From NCBI GenBank assembly GCA_964016885.1, contig OZ024741.1, positions 47,554,001 to 47,618,000 on the forward strand: a stretch of DNA of 64,000 bases. The letters run 5' to 3'. The translations under genes were made by a program, and so were the position numbers. Below, piece after piece: positions 44,761 to 59,526 of the stretch (positions are counted from its first letter, which is position 1; the number at the start of each line of letters is the position of its first letter). A model generated the notes under the pieces. That model saw only the letters and a list, made by a program, of their open reading frames with translations. It did no database searches and was not told where the DNA came from. Source of the stretch: Eledone cirrhosa (taxonomy: Eukaryota).

Positions 44761-47502
44761 TGGAGGAGGTGCATGTATGTAGGATGGGGATTGGAGAAGT
44801 AGTTCTAGGGTGGAATGTTACAATGTGGGAGGTGTATGGAAAGGGTAGAAGTGGTGTATATTGTAGACCACTAGATGTATGCTTCAACATGTGCACATGG
44901 GAAGGCGGATTTTCTGCATTACTACATAACACCAGAGATCTCAATCCTATGTCGGAATACATTCGTTTATATCATTTATATCCCCTAATCTCTCTTACAT
45001 TGGTTGTATGTAATGCTATAACACTTAGTGTGCCATCTGTTTTGTGTTATGCAACGTCTTTTTGTTGCATTTAAAATTATTTTTTAAATGCATCTTTGCC
45101 ATGTCAGCTTAGGCCTTTCCTCTGTTCATTCATCACTAAGAAGATTCCACTCCATTGTTGACCTTTTTGGTATCCATCACTTAACATGATCCAGCCACCT
45201 TAACCTTCATTTTGGTATCCTTCCATCACTTAACATAACCCAGTCATTTACATTACTCTATATTTACTGTTGTATTTTCATGTAAAGGCTTTACCTTACA
45301 TAATTATCTCATATGATATTGAATCTGAGATTTGGATATTTTTTATTTTGAGAACAATACCTTAATATCAGTATGAGTGGCCAGTTATGGCCGGTTTGAA
45401 CAGAAAGAGGTGAGAGAATTCTGGCCGGATACGGCTGGTTTAAATGTTAAATGGTTAACCTTTTTGGTATCCTTCCATTACTTAACATGACCCAGCCTTC
45501 TTAACCTTCTCAGCATTACTATTAATTCCTTCTCTTCTCTTCACTTGAGTATATGCGATTCAATCAATTATTGTTTTATGTAATTCTTACAGCAATTCTG
45601 TTCAATCACTATCACAAGTGGTTGCTATGGGTTTATTAGATATGGAAAGCAGAAAAAGAAATAAAATAAAAGACAGTCTTATTAATAAGGTTTAGAATAA
45701 ATGATATTTATAGTTGTTTCATGTGGCAGTAAATTTAATCTATTTACTGTTTGTTCAGTCACCATTAGAATGGGTTTTTTTTTCTGTACTCTGTTGTTGT
45801 TTAATCCTGCCCTAACTGAGCAGACATAATGTCAGACTTTCTAGCTGTGGCCATCCAATCTTATTTTCAGGCATAGTATATTTAGGACTACATTATCTAA
45901 CCAATATCATTCCTTTTTATATGATGGTAGGGAGTGTTTTGAGGAGGATTTGGCTGCTATTTATAGCAGGTCAAGCAACTACATAGAGGCTTTCTTGTTG
46001 GCTCTATTGATGGCTGTTTGATTGCACCTCTTGCTAAAATATTAGGCAGTTTAACCCTTTATTTACCAAACCAGCTCTGGTTCTATGAAACAAAACTACC
46101 CATTTTAAAGGTTTGCAGTTTAAATAAAAACATTCCAACATAATTTTTTATAAGAACATTAAATTAAGTTACTATCTTAGTAATGAAATAATTAATAATT
46201 TTAGTAAATCCCTCAAAATTCTTCATTAATTAAAATAGAGTATATTTCATTAGAAATGCAGTCATGAAAGGGTTAAGAAAAAGTATTCCTAAAACAGTTA
46301 TAGAAGATTTTAAGTTAGCCACCTTCAATTTTAAAAAATTTATCTGCCACTAGGTATTTGACTTGGAAGAGGATCTAGTTCATTCAGTTGATCCTTGGAT
46401 TTTGCTTGTATTACCAATTATAGCAAAAATAAAAGCAATGTCAACTGTAGTAGCATTGCATCAGACTATTGAACAACAAAACAAATATTGTAATGTATCA
46501 AGCTTGACACACCATTGTCATGGTTATCTCTACTACTCCAATAATTTCTATGTGAACCAATAAAATGTTCAGAACCAGATTGACTAAAAGGAATTAAACT
46601 TAATTTCTCCATGTTGGGAGTAGGTGGATTGTTCTGGAAATTTTCAGAAGTTGCTATAGCTCCAGACTAACCATAATTGAAAAGTCATGATCAAAGACAT
46701 TCTAGCCATGGACATGGTGTATCTAGGACTATATTATCCATTTTAACACTTTAGGTATTTACATTAATCTCTATATACTGTTGTATTTTCATTATTCTCT
46801 ATATACTGTTGTATTTTCATGGTAAATTATCTCACATAATATCAAATCTATGAGATTTTGATATTATTTATTTTGAGAATAGTACTTTAACATCAGTATG
46901 AGTGGTTGGTTACAGCCGGTTTGAACAGAAAGAGGTGAGAGAATTCTGGCTGGGTACAACTGGTTTAAATGCTAATGGGTTAAAGATAGTGGTTTTGAGA
47001 GATTTGGCTACTATTTATAGTAGACTAAACCACCATTTTGAGCTTCTCTTCTTGTTCAATATCAGCTGTTTCTGTTTTCTAAAGTCATCATCAGTGCAAT
47101 GAGCATTGACATGGCTATCTTTAGTCCACACTGTTATGTTTGGTGTATCCAAATGTCTCTATATTAATGGTATTACTTGCTGTTTCTTCTAATCACTCCT
47201 AATCATGTTTATCACACCCTTATTTCCTCCTTAACCATATGCACATGGATGTTAGAACAGACTTCAAAATCATACACTCTTGGGGGAACAACTAATATTC
47301 TCCAAGATGTAATTGTTATGGATAGCAAGGAAACTGTTTTGCACTAAAACTGCTAAATAAAACATTTAAAGTATTTACAAATTGTTGGTTTCACAATCTC
47401 TATTTTAATTTGTAATATTTCCCGAATGTTTTTTTACAAGCATCAACAACATCCATATAACCACAATGTGGCTTATAAACGTTGTCTGTCTCCTCTGACT
47501 AA

Positions 47503-47721
47503 TTAACCCATTAGCATTTAAACCGGTCATATCCGACCAGAATTCTCTCACCTCTTTCTGTTCAAACCAGCCATAATTGGCCACTCATACTGATGTTAAG
47601 GTATTGTTCTTGAAATAAATAATATCAAACTCTCCTAGATTCGATATTATGTGAGGAGGTAAAGCCTTTACCATGAAAATATAATAGTATATACAGAGTA
47701 ATGTAATTGATAAAGGGTTAA
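47503..47721. mobile_element. piggyBac-type MITE family 1 (other copies ~40049-40241, 45235-45458, 46743-46983, 49511-49715, 49872-50091, 50913-50966, 53545-53710)
   Basis: TTAA-CCC.TTAGCATTTA ... TAAATGCTAAAGGG-TTAA consensus termini with a shared ~200-bp interior in both orientations. Confidence 0.75.
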
Positions 47722-50700
47722 GAAAGATTTTTAACAATGGTGCTATTCTACCCTAGAAGAATGAGAGGTCAAAATGACCTTGGCGGTTTTTGAATTCAGA
47801 ATATAAAAGTATGTAACTAAACACCACTAATCATTTGAATATGATACTTTACTGCTTCCACTATCATCAACAATACGATGATGACTACGAAGACGACGAC
47901 CACCACCACCAATAATATTAATATTTATGTTGAAGGAAGTATTGTAATATACTTCATTACGTATATGTTGAACGAGTTACAGAAATATAATTTGCTTAAA
48001 GGCAGAATACAGAAACTCAATGACAGTTTGGTAGTTCTTTATGGTTCTTCACACCAGGTGTAGCATGAGATTAAATCCCAAACCAGACATTTACAATTAT
48101 TCTAGCTATTTTAGTATAGTGTTTAAGTGGTTTTGTTATATTACTGGACTATAGCTCAGATTAAATCTGCAGCAGTAACTTAATAGGTTACATCTAGAGA
48201 CTAGCTATCATAATTTCAGTTTAAGTTGGCTACATAGATATAACATCATACTTCTGGTACAAGTGCTGTAAGTTTGTATTAAATGCAGGTCTTTTGTTGT
48301 CTCTGTATTATTTTAAGTGGAAAACAGCTCAGTTATTTCTTTGAAAAAGTAATCTGCTATGAATTATAATTTTATTCAAGGGGATTTCTCTTGTGTCCTT
48401 TTTCTACGCTGGCATACATCAGAGAGGTTATCACATTTTGAGATTTGACAAGTCAGATTATCACAACTTTCTCATGTTGTTTTATGTGGTTGCTACGGCT
48501 GGATGCTCTTCCTAATGCCAACCACTTTACAATGTGTACTGGATGCATTTCACTGCGGTACTAACATTACCACTTTACAAAGCAGACAGTGTATTTTATT
48601 GTGGGACTGGCACTAAATCGTCTCCTCAACTACAAACAAACAAAAATGAAGCAATTATGCCTGTAAACCAGCTTTGTGTATCCATGTTTCAACAAAGAAC
48701 CAAATAAAATTAGCAAAACCTTCAGTTTTAAAACTATATATACAGAACTGTTCAATTTAAGTTATTGATGATATATATATATATGAGAGAGAGAGCTGTT
48801 CAATTTCAGTTATTGGTGATATAAAACACTACACACAGAACTATTCAATTTCACTTATTGATGGCAATCAATCAACTGTAAATTGTTAAATATATTGGTT
48901 TTAAATTGAATTGCATGTCTGAAGATGAAATAACCAAGCTGTTTTAGAATTTGAAATTTAGATAATATTTCTGCTTTTAGATTACCTGTGTTAAATTTTA
49001 TTCTCTGTTGATGTTTTATTGGTATTAAATGTGTAATATCTTTATGAGAATATACAGAAAAACTTGTAATTAAGAAGTGGAATGTTAACAGCATCAATCT
49101 ATTTTGGATGACTTGCAAAGTCTCTGGAGCCAGCTTTCCTCAAGATCGAATTTTTTAAAAATTTGAAAACTTTTGCCACGTATCAGATTTGGTGTGTGTG
49201 TGTGAAAGTATTGGCATGTTGCCCAATCAATATAGCTATATCTTCTTGATTATTTCTATGGATGTTTTGGATATCCAGAAATGAAATGATCAATTGTTTT
49301 ATTTATGTATATTGTTTAGACTGCAGTTCACACAAATCTCTTGTTTAACAATCATTACTTTGGTAGTTTATTTTTCTAGCTAGATATTGATTTTGCACAG
49401 ATAAAATCAGACATTTTGTTTCCTCTTTTACTCCTGAGCTTTTAACTATGGTGGCCTTCATTTGCTCCAGTTTGTTTTTATTTTTGTTTGGATTACTGAG
49501 CAATTGTCCTTTAGCCTTTTAGTATTTAAACCGGACATATCTGGCCCAAATTCTTTCATCTCATTCTGTTCAAACCGGTCATAACTGGCTGTTCATACTG
49601 ATAGATATTGTTCTTAAATAAATAATATCAAAATTTCATAGATTCAATATTATGAGAGATAAATCCTTTACCGTGATAATACAATAGTAAATATAGAGTA
49701 ATACTAAAGGGTTAATGTTCAGAAACAACAAAGTGACAGGATAACTGGCAACAAGCTGCATGCTGTAAAATAATTGCTAGATAGAGGAATTCACCTGAAT
49801 CTGTTATAAATTACTGTATATACTTGAATATAAGTTCCCCCCCCCTCCCCATTTTATGTCTGAGCAATGGTTTAACCCTTTAGCATTTGCATTATTCTAT
49901 ATATACTATTGTATTTTCACAGTAACTTTATCTTACATAATTATTGCACATAATATCAAATTTATGAGATTTTGATATTATTTATTTAAGAACAATACTT
50001 TAACGTTGGTATGAGTGGCCAGTTATAACTGGTTTGAACAGATGTGAGAGAATTCTGGCCGGATATGGCCGGTTTGAATGCCAAACTTTAATTACATAGA
50101 ACTTGAAGTCTGTGAAAATCGTCAAAATATACACCTCTACCCCCTTCTGTGTGTGTGTGGGGGGGGGGGGGGTCTATATATTCTTTGACTTGTATTTGAG
50201 TATATACTGTATATATTTACTCATGAAATGAGACAATAAATATTGAAATTAAAAAGTAAGAAATAGTGTAGTGGTTTGAAACTTTATTGTACCGTTTTAT
50301 AATAATGATAACAATCGTGTCCAAATTCATAACCTCACAAAGAAATAAAGATAAACTTCTTTACAGGACTTATTTACACAAAGGATAGAGAAAGCGGAGA
50401 TAAAATTTATTGGAAATGTGATCAAAGTAAAATAGGTAAATCCAGAACTGTGTCGGGCATTGATGTTGGAAATAAATCAAGAATAGAAAGGGTATTTAGC
50501 CATAGAAAGCTTGCCAAAAAGGGGTTGGGTGGACCCTTCAGTTGTGTCAAAAACTTGACAACCTGTCTAGTGTTGGTACCATGATAAATCTATTTGGTAG
50601 AATGTGGCACCGTATGTAAGCGAAATGCGAACTCCTGGCCTGACTGGGAGGTCAGTCGCTCCACTTCAGTGCTGACTTGGTCTGTGAAGACCCATCCAAC

Positions 50701-51439
50701 CCCTGCTGGCAAGGAAAGTGGATGCTAAATGATGATGATGATACATGCACCATATTGTGAAGAAGCATCAGTGCAGAGGGTTAAAACAAAGTCGAAGTGC
50801 AAAGCTGTGTAATAACTGGCCAGGTAACCATCTTCACACCTCCAAGAGGGAATTGTGAATATATACCTGATTCTACAATATCAATCTTAACTGAATATTG
50901 TAGAATCAGAATATTACCATGAAAATATAATAGTAAACATAGAGTAATGTAAATGCTAAAGGGTTCAAGAACCCCTGTAGCTCAGTGCTAATACAAATAT
51001 TATTTTAAAACATAGGTGATGTGTTTGAGTCTCTGTGGCAGCTGCAATTTCCAATTAAAAATTTGGAATCTGCTTGGAAGCATTAATGTTGATGATAAAA
51101 TGGTAAAAGTTAATAGTGATTGGTTGTCACCCAGTGTACTGTCTGTCATTTACTTGAATCTGAAGTATTTTTTGATTTTCTTTTCTTTATCTCCTCTTTT
51201 TATCATGATTATCAGGACTAAATTCTTTGTAGTATTTAGTGACATCTCTTGTTTTTTTCTTTAAATTCCATACGGCTTGAAATTACCTTTCATGCTTCTG
51301 AGGCAATAAATTCTAATTATATTTTGGAATTGATTCAGTGCACCACCCTCCTTCTATACATTAGAATCTAATATTAGAAATTTCTAGTTATTTCTTTAGT
51401 CTTGGAGGGTTTTGTTTAAAATTAAATATTCATTGTATT

Positions 51440-51605
51440 CAGTGCTGGATTTAGGACAAATGAGGCCCTGTGCTAGTTAAGTTATGAAGCTTCCCAGACA
51501 TTTGAAAAATTAATTGTAAAAACCTTTGGGGCTGAAAGATCGATCCCTTGGCCAATGGGGCCCTGTGCTTAAGTACACCTAAACACAATGGTAAATCTGG
51601 CACTG
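51440..51605. mobile_element. hAT-type MITE
   Basis: TIRs CAGTGCTGGATTTA / TAAATCTGGCACTG with a perfect 8-bp TSD ATTGTATT. Confidence 0.8.
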
Positions 51606-52134
51606 ATTGTATTTAAACATTTTTTTTTTCATTGTATTGACACCATTATTGTTGTTTTTTGAGAAATTGTTGTAAAATAAATCACCGTTTTAAAATCCTG
51701 AAGCTAAATTATGATAAACCGTCATTTCTATGGATTTCTGTTTGTTTTTTTTTATCACATGTCTGTCATGTTATTGTGATAAGAGAGGGTTAAAGCTTTC
51801 TTTAAATAGTTTAGTTTCTTTGAATATTTATTTAAATTGATTGACATTTGTATATGTATTTTTAGTGTCACTAAGGAAACATTCAAGCCAGTTATATCAA
51901 TGACACACTAAATGAACAAATGCTATACACAGTTAGTGATTGTGAGTGATTATGACCAGTAATTAGTATGAGTATTTTTGTCATATTTAGTAACTGATAA
52001 AATTTGACTGTTGCTATAATTGATAGACTACATGACTGTTCAAATGACTCAGCTGAGATTTGTTTAATACTTCCTATTAATATTTTTGTTTGTAATTATT
52101 AATACCATGAATTATTGGTTATAAATCTTGAGTA

Positions 52135-52545
52135 ATGACCAAAAGAATACAATCACGAATACAAGTGGCCGAAATGGGGTTCCTCTGAAGGGTCTTTGAA
52201 GTAATGTTACTTGACAGAGTGAGCAGCTCGAAGATCAGAGGGTCACTCCAGGTAGAACCGCTACTTCTCCGAATTAAGAGATCACAGTTACGATACTATG
52301 GGCTTGTGGTTAGAATGTCTCAGGAAAGAATCGCTGGGCAGATTTTACAGGCAAGACCAACCGGCAGGAGGCCCAGGGGTAAACCCTAAGCAAGATGGTT
52401 GGATAACATCCATAAGCTTGGCTGGTCCCATTTAGGGATCCAGCCAGATCAGTTGGAGGCGATTGCTTCTGAAAGGACCTGCTGGAAGGAGTGTTTGAGG
52501 ACTCTGCCCACACAACCCTTTCAGAAATAAGTGGGCGAAGAAGAG
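52135..52545 (+). mobile_element. Old RTE-type LINE 3' coding remnant
   Basis: EPLLLRIKRSQLRYYGLVVRM...GRRPRGKP*ARW, a typical RTE C-terminus. Confidence 0.75.
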
Positions 52546-52689
52546 AATATTATTAGTATAGTGTAAAAGTGAAGGAAAATACTGATTTAAAACCTCTGCT
52601 ACCTTGTGGCTATACTCCCTCATGGGAAAGGACTTTAAGAGTCAACACAGGAAAAATCTGGAGTCAGTCAATAAGACATCCTTTAAAAC

Positions 52690-52880
52690 CCTCATGCTTC
52701 CCGAAATTCGCCAAAACTACACCTGATGTACCCCTTCCATACACATGCACACATGTATATCATGACTCCTGCACTGTTCATTTTCCTGACGTTTGTACAT
52801 TACACTATGTACTATACATACACTTTTGATGAGTTGTACTGCACCTGAGCACTGTACACAATATTTTCATTATTATTATT
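52690..52880 (+). mobile_element. 3' UTR copy of the 42706-43410 CR1-like family (another fragment at 57527-57630, minus strand)
   Basis: Reverse-complement match to 42840-43020. Confidence 0.75.
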
Positions 52881-54842
52881 TTAAGACAGTTGGAGGATGT
52901 AATCTCAGACATCCTAGCAACTCCTGCAACAACATTGGAATCATATATTGACATTTACCTTTCCATTAGATTATTTCAATGTCGTAGAGAGGAGGAACCT
53001 GCATCATAGATAAGTTTGTGCCCTGTATCTACCTACTCTCGGGTCTTTGATAATCGTCTCCCCTCCCCTGTTTATTAATTTTTTTCAAGATTTAGTAACA
53101 TAACTAACTTTCTCATTATTAAACATGTTTGGAACATAACTTAACAAAGGTTTTTACATTAAATTTTGGAAACGCCTTCTCTATTCTGTCTGCCGGGACC
53201 GCGGGATGGCCAGAGCATGGGCCCCCATTTGCTTATAGTGAGAGATGGGGTGAGCGAGAGAGATGAAGGCATTGACTATACCAGCATTGCTGAAGTATCT
53301 TGAAGAGTTAAAGGTAAAATTTTGGAAGGCTTCTAGATAAATATGAACACTTTGCAACACAACTTTCTACCATAGAACCAAGGGCAGATTCAGGCGATTT
53401 GGCATCAAACTCAAGAATTGAGCCTGTCACGTTGTCTCTTGCTGTATCATAGATGTGCCAATTGTTTATAGATTAACTACAGTTAATTGATACAGGTGAG
53501 ATGGTTGAGTGGATAATGTATTGTACTATGTATTGATAGATTGTTTAACCCTTTCTCTTCAAACCGGCCGTAACCAGCTTCTCATATTTATATTAAGGTA
53601 TTGTTCTCAAAATAAATATCAAAATCTTGTAGATTCAATATTATGTGAGATAGTGTTTACTGTGCAAATACAATAGTAAATATAGAGTAATGTAAATGTT
53701 AAAGGGTTAAACCAGCCACCAATGTTGTTTCTAGATAAAAACCCTCTTTTGTTCACCTAGTTGTTGGGAATAGGTACAATATTATCTGTGATTGATTGTT
53801 ACATGTGATAGACTGATATTTTGTCCTGTTCTAGGGAAGATATGTCTCTCATCTGTTTTAAACAATAAATTTAAAGCCTCTAGCCCCCTCCCTGGTCAAA
53901 AGGACATTAAAAAAGAATTTAATTAGATACTATTAAAAATGCTACTCTTAGTTTTTGCATTTTGTTGTGCATTGGAAAGTATATAATTTATTTCTGTTTA
54001 CAGTTTCTATATATATATGCCCTCATCACTTTCTTTGCACCAAATATACAATAATTACAAGAAGCTGGTGCAGTTTAATTGATTGTAGTATGGCGTCTTT
54101 GATTTAATAAGTACTGCTTGTTTTTGACTAGACAAAATGTCTCTTCTTGCATACAGTATTGATTCCTGATTCCAACCTGATTGTTGCAAATCTCTTCCGT
54201 AAGAATCCACTGATCTATTCAGTTTTCAAATAGTATCTCCATTCTTCATTCCCTCTTTCTTTCTCTCCACATCTATATTTAGCTTCTACCCGACGTCATC
54301 TGCCCTTCCCTCTACTCTATCTATGTCATTCCTTTAGTTAACTTCTCCAATTGAAATATTTCCTCCTCCGCAACATTTATTATTTCCTCCTATTAACCGC
54401 TACTTTCTGCTTTTGGGTACCTTCTCTAGCCCCCTTTCATAGCAGACTTGTGCTTATCTAACTGCTGACTGATTTTATTGATTTTTGTCATAGCCATAAC
54501 ACTTGCTCTAGCAAAAGCAACAATTTTGTCCTCTTAAGTGTTGAATTTAGGTAAGAACACATCTGTTGTTATTACTTCTAACTAACATTACTTAATAGAT
54601 ATTAAATATATGAAAAATAAAGACGTGATTTAAAAAAATTTTGTGAGTGCACAGTTGCAGGTTGTATGCAACTATGATTTCCATGTTTGTACTAAAACTC
54701 CTTTGCTATAGTGTTTTATGCTATTATATTCTACTTGTTTATCTTTATTTACATTAATTTGCTGAGTCTTTTACCTGTTCCTGCTGAATAATTATTTAAC
54801 ATTAACTTGTATATATATTTCCTTTTTCCAGACTGGTACACC

Positions 54843-54992
54843 ATGTCTGCCAAGGCAATTTCTGAGGCTAGAGGGAAGGAGTTATTAAACCGCCATCTGA
54901 AAGGTGAGGCTATGAAGAACCGTGTAGTAACCATTAATGAGGCTACTAACTGGAATGAAGTTGAACAAAATAACCAATGGCTTTTCACAGAG
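54843..54992 (+). CDS. ACLY: ATP-citrate lyase, first coding exon (MSAKAISEARGKELLNRHLKGEAMKNRVVTINEATNWNEVEQNNQWLFTE)
   Basis: MSAKAISE..GKELL is the diagnostic ACLY N-terminus. Acceptor tttcctttttccag ends at 54831, Kozak-like caccATG at 54843, phase-0 donor GAG|gtaggt at 54992/54993. Confidence 0.95.
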
Positions 54993-55497
54993 GTAGGTTG
55001 TTGTTGATTTATATAAATATGTATGTGTGTTTGTTTACATGGGTATGTGCATTTGTGTGTTTTATGCAGGGGCTTCTAAAGAAGGGATCAGTATTTTGTT
55101 GAAAGGCTTCCACGTATAATGTAATATTGTTACCTTTCTTCTAAGCAATTTGTTTATGTAGTCATTTCAAGGTTATAGCCCTGTTTTTCAAGGTCAAACC
55201 CTTATTCATAAGATAGTTTTAGCTAAACTCTTATATTTCTTCAAACACAAGTGTCTTTATTATTGGTTACTTGAGAAAAATAACAAATGGAATCATTTTG
55301 TCACTCTCTATGAAATAACTTAATGTATTATCTTGAATTTATCTTTAACACTTTTCAATTTCAGGGAAAATAAGAGAAAACCTATTTAATTAAATCAAAA
55401 ATAAGTTTTGAAGAATTCCTTAAAATGTTTTCCATTTTGTTTTTTCCTCTATAAAAAACAAAGTATTGTATATTAAAAGGGTCAGTTTATTTATTTG

Positions 55498-55553
<56 letters not shown>

Positions 55554-56140
55554 TATTTTCCAATTTCTGAATAAATAAATAAATGGATAAATAATAGTAT
55601 GTTGTCTTTTTCTTTGGGATTTATTTAAATTAAGTTTTAACCCTTTTGATATTAAACTGATTGAAACTGCCCCTTATTTTATGATACAAAGATGTATATA
55701 CTAAACTGGCTGAAACTGCCCCTTGTTTTATGATACAATGATGTGTATTTTAAAATGTTTAGATTCATCTAAAAATCTTCCATCATAATTTTATGTAAGA
55801 ATCTTTGTTCTAAACACCAGCTTCATAATGAGGAAGTTAATTATATATTACTAAATCCTCCCAAATTCTTGATTATTTTTAAAATGATTTGAAAACCATA
55901 AGCAGTGTGTTTCATTAGAAATGTGCTAATAAAGGGGTTAATTAACGGTATCAATTAAAAATTTAATTTAACGAAATTATAATGATTGTGTATGTAATAG
56001 TATTTTATAAATTGGCTCTCAGATCCCATGACCTACAGTATGATAGCTATATTTTAGATAAGTAATTTCTTTTATATATATATATATATATATATAAAAT
56101 TTAAACTTTCCTTTGTTTTACTTCTGTGGGCATTGCCTCT

Positions 56141-56337
56141 ATGCCCCTTTCGTCACTTTGACCCCATGACCCTCGTGACTTTGACCCCATGACCCTTTCG
56201 TGACTTTGACCCCATGACCCTTTCGTGACTTTGACCCCATGACCCTTTCGTGGCATTGCCCCCATGACCCTCTCGTGGCATTGCTCCCATGACCCTCTTG
56301 TGACTTTGCCTCCATGACCCTCTTGGGACATTGCCCT
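56141..56337. repeat. 25-bp minisatellite, ~8 copies
   Basis: Unit atgaccctttcgtgactttgacccc. Confidence 0.85.
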
Positions 56338-56873
56338 CAAGACACAATCCCCATAACGCTCTCAGGAATAAGAGAGCAAAAATATTATATTTCAGTAATT
56401 AAATATTTGTCCTTCATTATTAAACTGAACTCAGAAACCCATATTCAACTGAAAGTTATTCCACTAGGCCTCTCATTATTTTTGATTACTTTGATAATTA
56501 AAACACAGACAGTGTATTCTTGTGAGAAATATGGTCACAAAAGTTTAACATCCATTTTCCCGGGTTGACAAAAGATTGAACTGCTTGGTGATACTGCTTT
56601 GTACAATCCATTTATCATTGTGTCTGGGAAGCCCAGCACCCTGAGAATTTATCTTAACATTTCTTCCCATATCTTCTTTGGACTTTTCCTTTTGCCACCA
56701 TATAGCACATTTTCACCCAACATGCACTGTCCATTTGAATATAATTTTTAAAGAAATGTTACTTAATTTCATGTTTATTAACTATACTTTTAAAAAAATC
56801 CTTCCCCTTAAAAAAAATCTAAATCGTTTTATCATGTGTTACAGAAGTACAGATGCACTTAGTATTTTATATA

Positions 56874-57073
56874 TACAAGGGTCAGCTGAAAAGGTCATAG
56901 GCTAACCAAGATACTCTCATGGAATGACAAAATGAGGTGCATTTTTCAACATAGTCCCTAGAAAGAAACAATGCAGTTATTAAGAAGAGTTGAAAATTAA
57001 TGCATGCAAGATTTCAAAGCTCTAGCATCAATCCTTCATAGTCAGCCTATGAATTTTTCAGCTGGCCCTTGTA
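56874..57073. mobile_element. Tc1/mariner-type MITE (copies 63034-63232 and ~41699-41881)
   Basis: TA-CAAGGGTCAGCTGAAAA...CATAGGCT / AGCCTATG..TTTTCAGCTGGCCCTTG-TA inverted termini. Confidence 0.75.
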
Positions 57074-59488
57074 ACTAGTCGACCAGTGTTGCCAATAATG
57101 ACAGGAATAGTATTGAGCACATTTCATTTTTGGTGTCCAGGATCGGTATATTGATATATAAACAATCATACAAACTGCGAAATTTGCATTTGGATCGTTT
57201 ATAATGTGGATAAGAGAAATCCTATGGTTTATTTAATATATGGAAGTGAATAAAGACAAAATTAATATCTAAATAATTTATTTCTAGGATATAATTACAT
57301 AAATGTTCAGCACACACACACACTCACACACAGGATTAAATGTATGAGTAATTTTGGAAGAATAACTATTTACAGGGACAAATGTAGGGTTAGAACCCAG
57401 AATCTTGTGACTGGAATGTGAATTCTTATTGTAGTAACATGGTTGATAAAAGAAATGCATTGAGTGTTTGTTTGTAAATGTGTACATTTTAAAGAGTTAC
57501 AGATGAAGATATAATACATATAAATATATAATAATAATGAAATTATTGTGTACAGTGCTCAGGTGCACTACAACTCATCAAAGGTGCATGTATAGTACAT
57601 AGAATAATGTACAAATGTCAGGAAAATAAACATAGCAAATAAATACACTTAGCAAATTAAGGTTGATAAAAGTACAGTAGTTTGTGATATTTAAATTTAA
57701 TCTTTATGCAAAACAAAAAAAGCTTTCACAAAATTACTAATAATTAATTTAAAGATGTAAATAAAATGCAGTTGGCTGATGGGTTCTTATTTTGTTAATT
57801 TTTGTAACAAATTGTTCTTTTGTCTATTTTTTTATATTTCAGACAAGTTTCTGGCAGCTAATTGCATACATGTCTTCCTTAACCTCATTTTTGACTATAT
57901 TTCTAATGAATAGATTGTCTATGAGATTTAATTAATATTTAATATATTCAGGAGTTTAGTAAAATATCTCTAATTTTATATGTTGGTATATTATATGGTA
58001 CTAACTAAAATTTCACAAAATGAAAAAGTGCCCAGCCCACACTGTAAAGTGGTCATGTATGTGTCACAGCAAAAAGCACCCAGTACTCACTGTAAATAAG
58101 GTTGGTGCTAGGAAGGGCATCCAGCTGTAGAAACCAAGCCAAAATCAGTTCTGTATGAGCATGACATGGTCACGTGACCTAGCATTGCTCACAACAGAAT
58201 AACTCGTCTAACCCATGCCTGCATGGAAAAATGGATGTAAAATAATGATGTATCATGTTATGAAGAAATTAAAATTTGTATCTGAACACTTTAGTGTGGG
58301 AAGTGTCAGACAGGCTGGTATTTATAGGGTTTATCCTGGTTGTGCCTGTCTAGTTCAGCAGGGTTATTTGTCAACTTACAGAATGATGAGAGTAAATAAC
58401 TGTTTGCTAACTTGACAAAATTTGGTTCTAGCCAGTTTATTTTCTTATCTTTGCAGCCATGACTCTTAAAATGTGTTTCCTTTATATTACAATTAATCAA
58501 CCCAGCTCCTCTCGTTAGTCCCCCCCCCCCACACACACACACACACCTTCCCTTTGTATCAGTAAATCTTGTGTTGCTTCACCTGATTATATATTCTGCT
58601 CTTCCTCTTCTCTTAATTAACTATTCTGATCCTTCTTTGACTCCTATTAGGCATTCTCACCTTCTTATTAAGTGTATCTGTTAGTTTCTCTTATGTAACA
58701 TCTTTTTTCCCTTGTCTCCTTCTTTGTCTTTTCTGACCCCCATCTCACCCTGAAGGGTCTTTCTTTCCCCTTGATATCATTCTCCCCACCATCACCCTCA
58801 ATAAGTTCTCTTCCTCCCATCTGCTTAGGTCTTCTGTATGTTTTTTATTTAATACTTATCACTAGTTATTGCTGTGAAGAGACAGTACACTTGTAGGTCA
58901 GAGGCTGGAGCATGTTAATGAAAGTAGTGTTCATGATATTAATTTGAGAAACTCATGCTCATTAGATAAGACGTCACTTTGTCATAGATTTTGCCATTAG
59001 AAAATCTGAGCTCAGTATTGCATGCTTACCTAAGGCATATTTCATCTACTGTTTACAGCAGGTGAACTGTACCTATTCGTGTTATCTATTTACTGTTATC
59101 TGAACTTTGAAATAGGTGGTAGACAGATAGATGTTGTCGATAGTTTGACTGAGATGTCTAGCGAGCTGACAAAAAATTGGGTACAATGGAAGTGAATTCC
59201 TTTGCAGGTTGTAAAGTGTTGGTATAAGAGATGAATTACTTTAGTTGATTTAGGTGAGGGAAATGGTAGTGATGCAGTCATCAATATAATGACTATATAG
59301 TCATATAAAGAAAAGAACAAAATTGACATATTCACTTCCATGGTATCTGCTTGTCTGGTATATGTTTAAAATCTAGTGACAGGATATGACATGTTGATCC
59401 TTTAGTGAATAGGCTATCATTCTGTTTACTTAAGTGCTGCCATTGGGATGAGAAAAGAAATATGTTTAGTGTAGGAAAGATTAACAAA

Positions 59489-59523
<35 letters not shown>

Positions 59524-59526
<3 letters not shown>

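Noticed and set aside
54749-54988. Minus-strand 79-aa ORF
   Set aside because: Antisense shadow of the ACLY exon.
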